Source of the DNA: Botryllus schlosseri
Lineage: Eukaryota
DNA: 64,000 nt
Direction of reading: 5' to 3'
Assembly (NCBI GenBank): GCA_051294905.1
Contig: CM119373.1
Location: 4,280,001-4,344,000, forward strand
Shown here: positions 62,197-64,000 of the stretch, piece after piece
Layout of the letters: the number at the start of each line of letters is the position of its first letter
How positions within the stretch are numbered: position 1 is the stretch's first letter
Translations under genes and position numbers: made by a program
The notes under the pieces: model-generated
Database searches by the model: none
Seen by the model: the letters and a program-made list of their open reading frames with translations, nothing else
Told to the model about the DNA's origin: nothing

Positions 62197-63542
62197 CTAT
62201 CCTGCAGATCTGTTGTAGATCTTCATCTCCGAGTAGCACAAGGCGTGAGGCGTGCCCAGGATGCCACTCCACCACCTCAATCCCTTCAAGCCTGTTCTGT
62301 TGAAGTTTCCATTCAGATTGCTCCAGGAGCAAATGTCGTCATGCCACCAGCCTCCTTCGAAGTAGGAAGCGCAATTCAATCGACGCCAGCCATCGTGATC
62401 TGCGTCTTTCGTTGAGAATTGTTCGTTGTTAATCGTCGCGAGACCATCTTCCACATTCCCGGAGTATCCGGATACGTGCAATCTGTAGTTATCGGATCCG
62501 GGTCCAATCCGGAAGCTCCTGGGAAAAAAGAAAAGTTTTTCAACCATGACGTAACGAATCGTCGATTGTAACGTCATGACGAAGAATGAAGATGACGTGA
62601 TAAGCCGTACTTGCCATAATTACATTACAACGACAAAAATCTTGCTACGTTTCTAATTTGGCTTACCTCACTTAAAGCGGAATAAATATGGCTCATTGCA
62701 ATAATAATACAGCGATAATATCTGGAATAATTTGTTTGCATAAGAATAGGCGGGAATATTCGGATATTTTGTCCAGAATCGTTAGTCACTGAATATAAGT
62801 ACATTTTGCGGTGTGTTTGAGAATCCAAGCCCGTTGCTCTTCACCTTCTTAAGATTGTGACTTTTTCTCAACTTCGTGTATTAACCGATGCATTCCATTG
62901 CAGCCCACCTGTATTTCGCCCACATATGGTCATTTTTGCCTTTCGACATCATGTTGATTTCCAACGACATGTCATCTCGCTTTGTCGCTTGATGCAATGA
63001 CTCGAGCCCTGGAAACAATCATGAATCAATTACTTCCACACACAAAATAAAATAAACCGCCACACGACTGTTTTATCAATCACAGAATCAATCTAGGAGG
63101 GACTTCACCGAGTTAAGATGGAGAAAGTTCTACTCCCGAGTCTAAACCTCCCTACCTAGCCACAAATCTCCATCACATTCCCCGAATCCGTTCACGTAAT
63201 CATCCCAACCTCTGAAAAAATCGACGTTGCCGTTGGTTCTTCGCTGAAAAACCTGTAACGGAATACAGCAAACTGTCAAAGTGACAGAAATCCTACGAAG
63301 TCTCTTCTGCGAGTCTGCCCCTATGGATAAAAATTATGTATCGCCTTGACCTGCTTTGAACTTTTGCTCATATGAAAATGAGCCTGCTCATCACGTTGCA
63401 AACAATTTATCTTTGAAAGATTTAAAATTCCACTCACAGTCCATTCCTCGTGTGCAGGGCATGTCTTCCTACCTTCTGCTCCGATTTGAATCGAGTAAGT
63501 CACGAATCCAATTATCAAAAGAATCCCAATATTAAGAAACAT
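62197..63542 (-). CDS. Secreted fibrinogen-related (FReD; ficolin/angiopoietin-like C-domain) protein, 207 aa. Exons: 63542-63438, 63252-63156, 63008-62909, 62518-62197
   Basis: All GT-AG junctions in phase (0,1,2). Signal peptide, then WTVFQRRTNGNVDFFRGWDDYVNGFG...LWLGLESLH...YRLHVSGYSG...FSTKDADHD...NCA...GGWW...SNLNG...SEMKI. Confidence 0.93.
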
Positions 63543-64000
63543 TTTCAAAAGCAATTCGACATCGATTCAATATCCCTTGCCTTAACAATCCGTGTCCTGC
63601 TAAACTTCAGAAGATAAATGACTGCGGGCAGATTAATTTGTATCGGCGCAGAGGATCATCCGACCAGCTTCAACGGAGCTATACGCATGCAATCACAATT
63701 TGCTGCGTTGACTGTCATTTTGAGGAAAACAGCTTCCTGATATTGTTTAGGAAATGCATTCAATCGTGTTTCACAGAAATATCACTCGATCAGGAATCAA
63801 ATCGGTAGATAATTGGAGGCAATAGGAATGCTTTGGTGTCGGGTTCCGCAGCCTGTTGGCGCATCATCACCATTTCGGCGCCAGCCAATTTTGAGCCACG
63901 ACACATCACATGTGAAGGTTTGGCCATGGTGAAAGCCGTGGCTGAGATGTTGGCCGAATCTTCGATATTTATATGTCCACTTTGTCCAGGCACCGAAATG

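Noticed and set aside
63560..64000. Open frames at the right window edge
   Set aside because: No recognisable motif or clear splice structure; cannot be judged without the adjacent sequence.

Overview
This is eukaryotic, AT-rich, intron-containing animal genomic DNA. The repeat and gene types fit an invertebrate, possibly a tunicate (inference only). No prokaryotic operons, rRNA, true tRNA or CRISPR were seen. Most of the window is nested transposons: many hAT-family elements with readable 8-bp target-site duplications (TSDs), a decayed hATm element, a hATx derivative with an internally inverted transposase, foldback elements, tRNA-derived SINEs and two 5'-truncated LINEs. The largest structure is a 12.8-kb CMC/EnSpm-type element (19361-32192; 12-bp TIR, 2-bp TSD, subterminal tandem repeats). 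It shows no visible transposase but carries a decayed 9-exon DUF4806/BEN-like gene. Host genes form a lectin/innate-immunity-like cluster: three paralogous pentraxin-domain terminal exons (one dead, two open), paired homologous upstream signal-peptide and Cys/Trp exons, two decayed LamG-like exons, and an intact 4-exon secreted fibrinogen-related gene lacking the usual N-terminal part of the domain. All family names come from motif recognition by eye, not database searches.
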